Assembly: GCA_002269645.1 (NCBI GenBank)
Contig: NIVC01001384.1
Coordinates: forward strand, 7,801-71,800
Length of the DNA: 64,000 nucleotides
Direction of reading: 5' to 3'
DNA from: Macrostomum lignano
Lineage: Eukaryota
The translations under genes were made by a program, and so were the position numbers. The notes below the pieces were generated by a model. That model was not told the origin of the DNA and searched no databases. It was given only the letters and a program-made list of their open reading frames with translations. Positions 23,760-36,905 of the stretch are shown here, one piece after another (the stretch's first letter is position 1; each line of letters starts with the position of its first letter).

Positions 23760-26589
23760 CTGGAGAGAGATTTTAGGTTTGATACAAATCATTAACTTTA
23801 ATAATAAAAACTGATCTTTCGATAGGCATTAACGCGAAAACTACACTGTCACCTGTTCTAATAGCTAGTACGAGTTGAGTAGCTTTGGACTCTCGTACTT
23901 AATCAGCTAGGTCCGATCCCGTCTGGGCCACATCAATATGAGCTTATGAGGCCCACTAAGGCATATATACTTTGCAAAACAGCTTTCTACTTTCAGCTCA
24001 GTAGCAAAGAAGAATATAGAAGTTATTTTACGAGTATAATAATTAAGGCAGCTGAAATGACTTTGATAAGTTTAGAAGCCTATAAGCTTGCAGGCGAAAA
24101 CAACTTGCTAATTGGTTCAGCCATAATGTACACAATTCCTCAAATTAAGAGGGGGGTTAAGAGCCAATAAATAAAGCCTAGTCTTTAAAAATACATAAAA
24201 GTGCTTCAGTTTAACTTACTACTGAACTGAAAGTAGCTTGCACCAAATATGCTGAGTAGCCCATCTAGTTATTTTAGTATCTGTGGTTAGGCCCAAACCC
24301 CAAGGCTCAAAGAACGTAAAAGCCTACTGTTGAGAGCGAGTAGCGAACGAAAAAAACTGACTGATGTTTAAATGACCCTTTTTAAGGCCGTTTGAATCGG
24401 GACGTTCATCTTAAAGTCCTGCTGCAATGTTTCGTTTTTTGCTCAATTATAAATAATATTTTTCGGTGTGTTCGAGTTGGGCTTAGCATTGCTTGGATTC
24501 TGCTTCTAGCGATTTCTGCCCCGTTCTGTAGCTCTCCCCAGAGCGATCGCATCATAGAATCGGCTAATTTTTCTTCTCAAAGAGGGAGTGGGGTCGTGGT
24601 CTCCCTGATTACCTCAGCTGGCTTAGGAGGTTACGCAGCTCAGCTCAGCTCAGAGAGTCCCCTAAGCCGGTATTAGATAGAGAGTGCACCAACTTTTCCC
24701 GATTGGGGTTGCCTTGGGGTGTCCGGATAAAGAGGCAGATCGGACTAGAGGCGGCTGGTGAAGGTCGACCTTTTCTGAGCAAAGCCGTGCCAAAACCGCA
24801 CTGCCCAGAGACAGCTATTTGAGCTGGGCAGAGACGGGCTGGGCAAAGCGAAAACAAGTTTGCTTAGTTACCGATACACTGGCAGAGAAGTTGTGGCGCA
24901 CTGTTTGCTGATTGCCTTCTCTGGCGCCTTCGCATGCTGCTGACATTTAATTTTAATTTGACATGGCGGTCAACAGTTCCGCTAGGACTGCAGCTGCTTG
25001 CTTCTTGCCTAGGAATTAAGTAACACTAGCTGAGGGGCACTTTTCCCTCATCGCTTGAGTTTTTGCACTTTGAAATCGCCTCTAGAGAGTAGAGACAGCC
25101 GGGAAATAACAAGTTTTTTTAGCAACCTACTATTAAATTGTAACTTTTGGCCCGTTGAAACTTGACTTTCCAAATTAGTGCCGGATATGAAAAGTGTAAA
25201 GATGCGTCTAATTCAAACTCACTAACTTCTTACTCCAATGTAAATTTCTTTCTGGGAACACTTCCTTTCCCTCCCTATCTCCTCCCCCGGAACTCCATCT
25301 TCTCCCTACCTCCTCTTGTCTCTTATTCTCCCTCCTCCCCTCTACCCTCTCTTCCGCCTACCTCACCTCACTCTCTGCCTCTATAGAAACTTTGCGGATT
25401 CTATTTCAGCATTTCCTGAAAATGGCAGCAGATAGCGGCAAGCAGATGGCTCTTCGAAATAAATAATCTGGATTGAATGTGAAATAGTAGCTTTTTAAAG
25501 ATAGCAACGAGCGGTTTCTAGGCCAGGTGAGAGATAAGATAAAGCATTTGATTGCTGGCTGGCATTTACAAAACCGATGCATCGCTTTGGTGGACTTAGC
25601 GCGACTGATCTAAACTTTAGCCAGGTGGGATCTGACACTGTGCGAGCGCATTATGCGGCTATATCGAATTCCAGAACATTTTTTTCATTTTTAGTCAGGG
25701 TTTTAGGAAAAATTACTTCAGGGATAACAGGAAAATAAAAATTAAAAGTTCAAATTAAAATTTTTGTTTTAAAAAAAACCAATTAAAATATAGAGTAAAC
25801 CTTTAAAAATATATAAAAATGAAAAAAACCAATAAAAAAGAAAAATTTATAAACATAGTTTCGTCCTTTTTTTGAAATATGTTAGGTTTTGTAAGGCATT
25901 TTTGTCTGCTTTCCATGGTGCATGTGCCCAACCCTCATGGTATTTATTAAGCCTGTACCAGGAAAAACTGCATGCAAATACACTGGAAACATCTTTGAGG
26001 GCCAATTCAATTTTTAATATGAGCTTAATTTGAATTAATCTAGAATTACTTTTTTCAAAACTAATGAATGAAACCAGGCATTAGCTATACAGGGGCACTG
26101 TCTTGACATCAGGTTTCTGGTTGAGTACAAGCAGTTTAATGACCACCTAATGACTACCTAGCATGCGAATAGCGAACAGCAAACATGAAGAAATGCATTT
26201 GATAATTACCGGAGGTATCAGGGGTAAAGGTTAGACCTGACTTTTCCTTTCAACTTACCGCTTACGCCTGAGGTCAAAAAACAGATAAAAGGAACATTGA
26301 TATTCAGGGCGAACCCGGAGTGACCCCCTGGCTAACATGGGGGCAGGAGAGAGAAGGGGGCAATTTAGAGGACTTCGCTGATGTCGAAGACACGGACGAT
26401 GCTGAGCGTTTTTTTCCCAGTAAACTGATAAAAATCCATGCTAAGTTGGAAAATTAGTCTCGCTGAATAGTGGGAAAGAGAGAAGCAAGCACGATGACCA
26501 ATCCTCTTATCATTCCCTAATCCCTATATCGTCCCATCAGCTTGGGATCCTCGGGCGTCCACTTCACTGGTTGGCATTGCCAGCAGCAT

Positions 26590-26660
26590 ACGGACACACA
26601 CACACACACATACACACACATACACACACACACACACACAATACACACACAATACACACA
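26590..26660. repeat. (CA)n microsatellite
   Basis: Direct observation. Confidence 0.9.
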
Positions 26661-28692
26661 GTCTTGTTTCATCCAGCCGGGTTCAAGACCGAACACAAGC
26701 CAGCTGCAGAGCAAAAGAATTAATTCCGTGAAGTGGTCTAGCAAACATTGTTGCGCAGGGAGTAGGGAGGGGGTCGAGCGATCGACTTTCCCTCATCTCT
26801 CTCGTGTCCCTATATCTTCATCCTAGATGATGGCGGTGGTGGGGTGAGGGCAGTTTACAAGTCTCAGTTGTTGGACAAGCGCACTGGCCCCTATATAGGA
26901 TCAACAGGTTATTATACACAGGTTCCCTGCCAGCCCGCCCGCCAGTACCAGTCAGGCCCCAAATATGGCGCACTGGTGCTTCAATGCAATACGAGCGCTA
27001 TAGGCCGTTTCCTCGCCACTTTCTTATATTTATCTTTTTTCTCCTCTGATTAATTGGCTATAGCAGCACAGCACAGGGTGCCAGGGGCAGTAAAGAGGCG
27101 AGTGGGAGAGTGAGGGTGAGGATAAAGCAGATGGGGAAGTGCAAGAGGCCGCAATAAGTTATGGCGTAGCAATAAAAGGCGGTGCTGGGTGCCAAGGATA
27201 ATCTTGGCTAGAAAAGGGAGGCTGTAACAGTTGGCTTGCGGCCAACGATTACTAAAATGCTAGTTCTTAATAGCGGCTGGCGAAGCGTTCAGCAGCAGCA
27301 GGCTGATTATTTACGAGGAGAAGGAGAATTAAAGGTAGAGAAAAGGTGAGATTTTAGAAGTTAAGCTTATGTTTCAGAGAATTTTCCGATAATTTCGTAT
27401 AAAAATAACAATGGGAAAGTCATGGCCCTGTGTGAGTGCGCGCCTGCCCGTGTGTACACAGACACGCATAGTTCACATTGGGGTTGTACATCTGCCCTGA
27501 CTCCTCCCCCGTAGATTCCGTACGCAAACCACCGCCCCGCCACGCCCCCTTCCCCAAAATACGGGTATGACGGCCACGCCTTGGCCCGCGAAATCTGGGG
27601 TGGTGGGGTGGCCTGAGTGTACAGTGTGCCACTAGGATTGAGATACCAATCGATAAGCCAACCAATCAGAAACGAGAAGAGGGGAGGGAGAGAGAACCAT
27701 AGAGAGGAGGGAGAATGACTTAAAGTGCAATGACACAGAAGGACGAAAGCTGCGACAAGAAAAGAAAAATCACCGATAGAGAGAGAAGTGCTCCAGGAAA
27801 ATCATATCGGAAATCGGACACAAGCGCTTCTTAAATGGGGATTAAAGGGGATCCAAGGATGGACAGACAGCCGTTAGAAGTAAACAGATTTAGAGAAAGG
27901 GAAGAGGGAGTGAGAGATGGCCAGCAAATGCAAGAGAAGAAGATAAATGAAAACTCCCGCCACTGATGAAGGTTGGCGCTGGATAGCTGGGCCACAAAGC
28001 TCGGAGATAGTCTGCACTACTTTCTTCTTAGAGGCCTGCTCTACTCCCAGAGGCGGAAGGCCACTGCAAAATTAATATCCCAAAGTGCGCTGCGGGCTAA
28101 TCTCTTCTATTTGTTATGCTACTACTTTCGCTACGCCTACCGGCACCCAGCGGCCTCCCAAACTTCCAAGCCCGGGGGAGCCTTCCATCATTCTTTGCCA
28201 TCCTCCATTCATTCACTTCCCGTCTTTCCCGATCCCCCTGTCCTCTAACTTTTCCCTCCTTTCTCTCGCTGATCAGTTTCTTCTAATACTGCGGCTTTTG
28301 TAAGTTTCCATTCCTTTCCGTCAAGTCATTATTATGGTAACTTCATTCTTTCCTTTGCCAACCCTCTGGCACCATTTTTCATTCACTGCCACACTCCCGG
28401 CTGCGAACTAGCTGCTGCCTTCGGAAAAAAGCGCGTTGAAGCCCGTGTAACACGCGATCGCTTCTTGAGCAGCTGGCTGCTTGCAATGTCAGTCCGTTAA
28501 ACTTGTTCCTTGACATCTCTCATCTTTAGCAGTAAGAATATTAAGCCATCTTTCTCGAACGGGTCATCAGTTACTATCCTGACACCGTCGGCTGCTTGAG
28601 AGACTTGAGAGAGTTGAAGATCAGATTTCCTGGGACGCATGACTAAGCGCGCATGACATTAGCGTGCATTTTGAAACTGCTCTACGTGACAC

Positions 28693-28995
28693 AAGCGCGC
28701 ATTTCAAATGCAGACGTCTGGAACAAGCGCGCATTTCAAATGCAGACGTCTGGAACAAGCGCGCATTTCAAATGCAGACGTCTGGAACAAGCAAGCGCGC
28801 ATTTCAAATGCAGACGTCTGGAACAAGCGCGCATTTCAAATGCAGACGTCTGGAACAAGCGCGCATTTCAAATGCAGACGTCTGGAACAAGCGCGCATTT
28901 CAAATGCAGACGTCTGGAACAAGCGCGCATTTCAAATGCATGACTCTGGTGCAAGAGCGCAGTTAAAATGTACGTGTCTGGCACAAGCGCGCATC
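28693..28995. repeat. 32-bp tandem repeat built from palindromes (AAGCGCGCATTTCAAATGCAGACGTCTGGAAC)
   Basis: About 7-8 copies; the unit contains GCGCGC, GCATTT-C-AAATGC and CAGACGTCTG. Confidence 0.9.
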
Positions 28996-29314
28996 TGAAT
29001 GCAACTTGAGCTCGGCTCGGGTGATTTATGACGTGGATGTTTTATGGGTATTTTGATGATTTAGCCCCTCCACCTTGAGTGAGTGCCGTTCTAGTGATTA
29101 CAGACTATGGGCACTAGTTAGTCAGGTGATGTACATCTTTTGTGGTCCTTAACCTACGTTGAATACCTACAACTACGAAGAGGGATTGTGTGGCTGTTTG
29201 TGCATGTCTGTTTATCGTATAAAAGCCCACTACTTCTTACTACTCTTATCCAATGTCACTCATCTGAATAGTTTGAGAATGGAGCAAGTCCAAGGCAACA
29301 AAAGAGGCCCTCGA

Positions 29315-29660
29315 TTGTCTGCGCGTTTGTCACTGCCGTCAAATTGTCTGCGCGCTTGTGTCACTGCCGTCAAAATTGTCTGCGCGCTTGTGTCACTGCC
29401 GTCAAAATTGTCTGCGCGCTTGTGTCACTGCCGTCAGATTTGTCTGCGCGCTTGTGTCACTGCCGTCAAAATTTTCTGCGCGCTTGTGTCACTGCCGTCA
29501 AAATTGTCTGCGCGCTTGTGTCACTGCCGTCAAAATTGTCTGCGCGCTTGTGTCACTGCCGTCAGATTTGTCTGCGCGCTTGTGTCACTGCCGTCAAAAT
29601 TGTCTGCGCGCTTGTGTCACTGCCGTCAAAATTGTCTGCGCGCTTGTGTCACTGCCGCGT
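29315..29660. repeat. 32-bp tandem repeat (ATTGTCTGCGCGCTTGTGTCACTGCCGTCAAA)
   Basis: About 10-11 copies. Confidence 0.92.
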
Positions 29661-29719
29661 TTGCGCCCTTTTGCCTGTGCTCCAACAGTGTACGCGGGAA
29701 CGCACTCGTGCGCGCGCTC

Positions 29720-29830
29720 ACACAGGGTGTACAGGGGCCTTGACTTTCTAATCGTCAGGCATGTAAACTCTCTGATCCTTGGGGGTTGGCCCCCCTTTCA
29801 TGGGTGTGAATCGCTGGACAACCCCCATGG
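29720..29830. repeat. Dispersed ~130-150 bp repeat family, copy 3
   Basis: CACAGGGTGTACAGGGGCCTTGACTTTCTAATCGTCAGGCATGTAAACTCT matches the copies at 16305 and 18145. Confidence 0.65.
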
Positions 29831-30779
29831 CCAAAGAAATAGTTGATTACGTGCTAAAATCTAAAAATACATTCGCATAGAAACTAGGCCTTTAAATACT
29901 TGTAGTCAACCTTTGGAAATGCGCCAGAGACTGTGTAAAGATGTCTGTGTTGAAGTAGTTGCTAAATAATTTCGATTCACGACGTTAATTTCGACTCAAG
30001 AGAAAATTTACAGCAGACAGGTCCATACTGATAGCAAAGCAACAACAAGGTGCAGATATTGATTCAGACTGGACTCTTCGAACGGCGACTTGTTTCCAAT
30101 TTGGGCTGAAAATTGCTGCCTGCTGGCCAAGAGGAGGCAGTTGGAGCGGATCTCAAACTCCGGATGTCGGTCTGTAGGCTTACTCGAGTCTCCGAGGCTC
30201 TCTAGATTTCTCCCATCCAGCTCCTTATCCGGTCCGATTCCCAATCGATCCACCTGCCCCTGCACGCGACTGTCTCAGCACCTGCGCCCATGGTAACCCA
30301 TGCCGCTTTGGCAGCAAAGTGCACAGCGTTGGCTCGTGTATTATATATAGGCTAGAAGGTAGACACTTGGTCGTGAGGACTGCGGATGAGAGGACAATTT
30401 TCCCAGAATTGATTCAGGTGCTGAGGGTGAGGGGTGTGGGATAGACAGGTACGAAGATCAATGCTGGATTGAATTATCGAGAGGTTAGGGGGAGGGAAGT
30501 GGCCGAGCGAGGAGGTCATTGAAGCGAAGTGTATGTGAGCAAAAATGAGCTGATACTTTAAGTGGTAGCTCAAAGCTTCTCAACAAATGTTTTTGTCACG
30601 CGATTTAAACAAAAAAACAGCGTCTAGAACTGTGAACTGTTTCTCTAAATGCTAGCTAAAATGCAATTCGACTAGACTGGCTACTTTTTCTGAGGTAGCA
30701 ACTGCATTCAGCTGACTTGTCCAAGAGATATTGATGCAAAAATCATGTGTCTTGTGTTGGTCAGATTGATGTCAACACC

Positions 30780-31150
30780 ATGCTGCCTGTCTCTGCTTGC
30801 CTGTCTCTGCTTGCCTGTCTCTGATTGCCTGTCTCTGCTGCCTGTCTCTGCTGCCTGTCTCTGATTGCCTGTCTCTGATTGCCTGTCTCTGCTGCCTGTC
30901 TCTGATTGCCTGTCTCTGATAAATTGCCTGTCTCTGATTGCCTGTCTCTGATTGCCTGTCTCTGATTGCCTGTCTCTGATTGCCTGTCTCTGATTGCCTG
31001 TCTCTGATTGCCTGTCTCTGATTGCCTGTCTCTGATTGCCTGTCTCTGATTGCCTGTCTCTGATTGCCTGTCTCTGATTGCCTGTCTCTGATTGCCTGTC
31101 TCTGATTGCCTGTCTCTGATTGCCTGTCTCTGCTTGCCTGTCTCTGATTG
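30780..31150. repeat. 14-bp minisatellite (TGCCTGTCTCTGAT)
   Basis: Tandem copies. Confidence 0.92.
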
Positions 31151-31420
31151 GCTGCCCTCGATTTTTTGCCCCTCCTGTGCTGCTTCTGATTGGCTGGCCC
31201 CTACGTGATCGGATGCCCCGAGCAAAGTGGGCATCGAAAAGCGACTTCAAGTGCGCGACAGCGATCTTGATCAGCTGAAGCTGCGCTCATGCAGATTCAG
31301 TGTCGGCACTCTGCTAATGAGCTGCGAATTAATAATGAGAGCTATAGCCATAGCCATGCAGTGCTGCCTCGATCATATGGTTCAGAATGAATATAGTCTT
31401 GCATGCAGTGCAGCGAATCT

Positions 31421-32357
31421 NNNNNNNNNNNNNNNNNNNNNNNNNNNNNNNNNNNNNNNNNNNNNNNNNNNNNNNNNNNNNNNNNNNNNNNNNNNNNNNN
31501 NNNNNNNNNNNNNNNNNNNNNNNNNNNNNNNNNNNNNNNNNNNNNNNNNNNNNNNNNNNNNNNNNNNNNNNNNNNNNNNNNNNNNNNNNNNNNNNNNNNN
31601 NNNNNNNNNNNNNNNNNNNNNNNNNNNNNNNNNNNNNNNNNNNNNNNNNNNNNNNNNNNNNNNNNNNNNNNNNNNNNNNNNNNNNNNNNNNNNNNNNNNN
31701 NNNNNNNNNNNNNNNNNNNNNNNNNNNNNNNNNNNNNNNNNNNNNNNNNNNNNNNNNNNNNNNNNNNNNNNNNNNNNNNNNNNNNNNNNNNNNNNNNNNN
31801 NNNNNNNNNNNNNNNNNNNNNNNNNNNNNNNNNNNNNNNNNNNNNNNNNNNNNNNNNNNNNNNNNNNNNNNNNNNNNNNNNNNNNNNNNNNNNNNNNNNN
31901 NNNNNNNNNNNNNNNNNNNNNNNNNNNNNNNNNNNNNNNNNNNNNNNNNNNNNNNNNNNNNNNNNNNNNNNNNNNNNNNNNNNNNNNNNNNNNNNNNNNN
32001 NNNNNNNNNNNNNNNNNNNNNNNNNNNNNNNNNNNNNNNNNNNNNNNNNNNNNNNNNNNNNNNNNNNNNNNNNNNNNNNNNNNNNNNNNNNNNNNNNNNN
32101 NNNNNNNNNNNNNNNNNNNNNNNNNNNNNNNNNNNNNNNNNNNNNNNNNNNNNNNNNNNNNNNNNNNNNNNNNNNNNNNNNNNNNNNNNNNNNNNNNNNN
32201 NNNNNNNNNNNNNNNNNNNNNNNNNNNNNNNNNNNNNNNNNNNNNNNNNNNNNNNNNNNNNNNNNNNNNNNNNNNNNNNNNNNNNNNNNNNNNNNNNNNN
32301 NNNNNNNNNNNNNNNNNNNNNNNNNNNNNNNNNNNNNNNNNNNNNNNNNNNNNNNNN
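31421..32357. other. Assembly gap (N run)
   Basis: Run of N. Confidence 1.
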
Positions 32358-34329
32358 GCAGTTTCCAGTATATCCATACCAGTAAAATATTGGATTATAA
32401 AAGCAAAACTACGATCTTCAGAAATACACTTTTTGCTGTTTGTGTTAGTTTCTCTTAGTTTAATGACTAAATACATTGACTGGCAAAGAATACACTACTG
32501 ATATAAGTATAAGAATATCGAGCAACTTGACGAAAAGCACAGCTAAAATATGCACGTTGAACGGCTTGCGGATGCTGTGTAGGAAATGAAATCCCGGGAT
32601 TGACTAGATTGCATTTCAGTATACATAATTATAATTTGTTTACAAAATTACCGCAAAAAAACTGTTTGCGTTCGAACAATTAGCCATCCCGGATCGAGTC
32701 CAAAATCCCTCGGAACCCGCCACGTGACTTCCGGGGACCGGGACTGCTCAGGGGGACGAAAACGGATGCGCTGCACGCGACTTGTGCGTGCACAATGGCC
32801 CATCTGCTGTCTGCATAGCCGCCATGCAAAGCACCAATACTCGCTTGAAGTGCACGCCGACAAATTGTTTATGCATGATATCGGCATAACTTGCGTTTTG
32901 CCCGCAGGACTATATGATAGGCTTAGCAATGTGGATTTAGCTTTTTTATTAACAGGGCACTAGAAAGTTGTGGCACCGGCCACTTCACGTTATGTTTGCA
33001 TTATACGAAATAAAATTGCGTTTTTATCGTTATTTTTCTAAGCCTGCATGCAATGTCTGGAGCTGGAATGCGTTCATTCGAGAACTTTATGAAAACGATG
33101 ATTTCAAACGATGGTTGAAACAAAGCTACATACTAAAAAGTACATAGTGTACATGTTACTTGCCCAGCACTGATGTTATTGTGTACATCCACCCTCGTTC
33201 TTTCACCCAGACACACAAACTTAGTTTTAGCCATTGTTCCACAGTTGCTCCCCAAAATACAGTCAAAGACCACTAGAAGTTACCGTTGTATCAGGTCAGG
33301 ACGCGGCACGCTTAAATATTGCAAAATTATTTGAAGGCCGGCTTGCTTGTATTGCAACTAAACTTCAATTTAATGCTTTTTTTAATGCAAACATCGCTAA
33401 ATATACAAGCAAACAACCGAGCCTTCAAAAAATACAAATTTTCGAGTTGCATCCTGATACAACCGTAGTGGCTTTTGAGTCTCTGCGTCTGGATGAAAGA
33501 CGTGCTCAAACATGATTGCGCCAGGTAAAATTACCAGCTTGATTTTAACAACAGGTAAAAAGTAAAGCTACTCGTAAATCTGTAATCTGCAAGAAGGGTC
33601 CACGTGACCCGGTACAAAACAATATCTGAGCGTCCTAATCTGACACTTAAGTTCCAACTTTGTTTATAAAACGACCCCTGATCGTACTAAATAGCTCAAA
33701 TAAAACTTTTTGATCAAAAGTTTTTGCCGTCGCCCAGGAGATCATTATAAACGATGGGTCTTGCTTGCTGTCTCTTTTAAGCAAATAGATAAGACTCTAC
33801 TGAGTGCAGGAACTTTTAACAGAAATGGCCTAGAGTTTGAGCAAAATTCGCAGAACTCGCGCTACAGTTCTCAAATTATCGTAATCACTGCAATATCGGC
33901 CGTAGCCAGTTCTAGACACTCAATTGAGACAATTAACTCTGAGGTTGGGGTCTAATTTACTGTCCCCGCGGCTCTCTGTTAATTGTTCTCGGCAGACAAT
34001 TATACAGTTGAAAATCAATACTCATTTCTTATCTAAAGCGGGCCGCGCTTTAGAGAAATACTCGTAAATTAGTTCAATGCCTCTATGGCTGCTGCTCTGG
34101 CTGCTTATCTATTGCAGCACCGATGCTGCGGAGCACATTGGGAACATAAATTGGTCGAGGTTGCTGAATACGAATTTATTGGTACAACAACGGGCCCCGG
34201 ACAGTCAGATCATATGAAACTTTTAATTTGAACAAATCTCAATAAATAGAATTCAAATCTATAGGAAAAATAGCGAATGGTTCGAGTTTTTCATTGCCTA
34301 GGTGTCTGACTGACTGCCGATTTTCTTGT

Positions 34330-36905
34330 ATCACCTTTGTTCTCTTAGTCTCACCTCTGCTCCCTATCATTTCTTCTACTCGCATCACAAATTTACTCTC
34401 TGTCTCCTTTTTGTATCACCTTTGTTCTCCGGATCTCTTCTGTTGTCTCACATTTACTCTCCGTCTCTTCTGTTGTCTCACCTTTACTCTCCGTCTCTTC
34501 TGTTGTCTCACCTTTACTCTCCGTCTCTTCTGTTGTCTCACATTTACTCTCCGTCTCTTCTGTTGTCTCACCTTTACTCTCCGTCTCTTCTGTTGTCTCA
34601 CCTTTACTCTCCGTCTCTTCTGTTGTCTCAGCTTTACTCTCCGTCTCTTCTGTTGTCTCACATTAACACTCTCCGGATCTCTTCTGTTGTCTCACCTTTA
34701 CTCTCCGTCTCTTCTGTTGTCTCACCTTTACTCTCCGTCTCTTCTGTTGTCTCACATTTACTCTCCGTCTCTTCTGTTGTCTCACCTTTACTCTCCGTCT
34801 CTTCTGTTGTCTCACATTTACTCTCCGTCTCTTCTGTTGTCTCACCTTTACTCTCCGTCTCTTCTGTTGTCTCACCTTTACTCTCCGTCTCTTCTGTTGT
34901 CTCACCTTTACACTCTCCGGATCTCTTCTGTTGTCTCACCTTTACTCTCCGTCTCTTCTGTTGTCTCACCTTTACTCTCCGTCTCTTCTGTTGTCTCACA
35001 TTTACTCTCCGTCTCTTCTGTTGTCTCACCTTTACTCTCCGTCTCTTCTGTTGTCTCACCTTTACTCTCCGTCTCTTCTGTTGTCTCACCTTTACTCTCC
35101 GTCTCTTCTGTTGTCTCACCTTTACTCTCCGTCTCTTCTGTTGTCTCACCTTTACTCTCCGTCTCTTCTGTTGTCTCACCTTTACACTCTCCGGATCTCT
35201 TCTGTTGTCTCACCTTTACTCTCCGTCTCTTCTGTTGTCTCACCTTTACACTCTCCGGATCTCTTCTGTTGTCTCACCTTTACTCTCCGTCTCTTCTGTT
35301 GTCTCACCTTTACTCTCCGTCTCTTCTGTTGTCTCACATTTACTCTCCGTCTCTTCTGTTGTCTCACCTTTACTCTCCGTCTCTTCTGTTGTCTCACCTT
35401 TACTCTCCGGATCTCTTCTGTTGTCTCATCTTTACTCTCTCTGGATCTTCTGTTGTCTCACCTTTACTCTCCGGATCTCTTCTGTTGTCTCATCTTTACT
35501 CTCCGTCTTTTCTGTTGTCTCACATTTACTCTCCGTCTCTTCTGTTGTCTCACCTTTACTCTCCGTCTCTTCTGTTGTCTCACCTTTACTCTCCGTCTCT
35601 TCTGTTGTCTCACCTTTACTCTCCGTCTCTTCTGTTGTCTCACCTTTACTCTCCGTCTCTTCTGTTGTCTCACCTTTACTCTCCGTCTCTTCTGTTGTCT
35701 CACATTTACTCTCCGTCTCTTCTGTTGTCTCACCTTTACTCTCCGGATCTCTTCTGTTGTCTCACCTTTACTCTCCGTCTCTTCTGTTGTCTCACATTTA
35801 CTCTCCGTCTCTTCTGTTGTCTCACCTTTACTCTCCGTCTCTTCTGTTGTCTCACCTTTACTCTCCGTCTCTTCTGTTGTCTCACCTTTACTCTCCGTCT
35901 CTTCTGTTGTCTCACCTTTACTCTCCGTCTCTTCTGTTGTCTCACCTTTACTCTCCGTCTCTTCTGTTGTCTCACCTTTACACTCTCCGGATCTCTTCTG
36001 TTGTCTCACCTTTACTCTCCGTCTCTTCTGTTGTCTCACCTTTACACTCTCCGGATCTCTTCTGTTGTCTCACCTTTACTCTCCGTCTCTTCTGTTGTCT
36101 CACCTTTACTCTCCGTCTCTTCTGTTGTCTCACATTTACTCTCCGTCTCTTCTGTTGTCTCACCTTTACTCTCCGTCTCTTCTGTTGTCTCACCTTTACT
36201 CTCCGGATCTCTTCTGTTGTCTCATCTTTACTCTCTCTGGATCTTCTGTTGTCTCACCTTTACTCTCCGGATCTCTTCTGTTGTCTCATCTTTACTCTCC
36301 GTCTCTTCTGTTGTCTCACCTTTACTCTCCGTCTCTTCTGTTGTCTCACATTTACTCTCCGTCTCTTCTGTTGTCTCACCTTTACTCTCCGTCTCTTCTG
36401 TTGTCTCACATTTACTCTCCGTCTCTTCTGTTGTCTCACCTTTACTCTCCGTCTCTTCTGTTGTCTCACCTTTACTCTCCGGATCTCTTCTGTTGTCTCA
36501 TCTTTACTCTCTGGATCTTCTGTTGTCTCACCTTTACTCTCCGGATCTCTTCTGTTGTCTCATCTTTACTCTCTGGATCTTCTCGTTGTCTCATGGACTC
36601 TCTGGATCTCTTCTGTTGTCTCACCTTTACTCTCCGTCTCTTCTGTTGTCTCACCTTTACTCTCCGGATCTCTTCTGTGGTCTCACCTTTACTCTCCGGA
36701 TCTCTTGTCTCACCTTTACTCTCCGTCTCTTCTGTTGTCTCACCTTTACTCTCCGTCTCTTCTGTTGTCTCATCTTTACTCTCTGGATCTTCTCGTTGTC
36801 TCATGGACTCTCTGGATCTCTTCTGTGGTCTCACCTTTACTCTCCGGATCTCTTGTCTCACCTTTACTCTCCGTCTCTTCTGTTGTCTCACCTTTACTCT
36901 CCATC
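34330..36905. repeat. ~2.5-kb 30-bp minisatellite (TCTCACCTTTACTCTCCGTCTCTTCTGTTG)
   Basis: Tandem copies with recurring variant units; generates the 899/864/664-aa ORFs. Confidence 0.96.

Noticed and set aside
24392-24676. Hydrophobic signal-peptide-like stretch (LSIAWILLLAISAPFCSS) as the Kirre first exon
   Set aside because: It is on the plus strand, opposite to the gene; no convincing minus-strand signal exon was found.
28693-28995. Palindromic 32-bp repeats as a CRISPR array
   Set aside because: Head-to-tail with no unique spacers and no cas genes.
30008-30573. Possible decayed LINE endonuclease (LIFVPVYPTP)
   Set aside because: Only a short motif among stops; too weak to call.
31227-32501. 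Long ORFs containing X runs
   Set aside because: They span the N gap and are artefacts.
33234-33515. 93-aa non-repetitive ORF
   Set aside because: Non-ATG start, no motif and no splice context.
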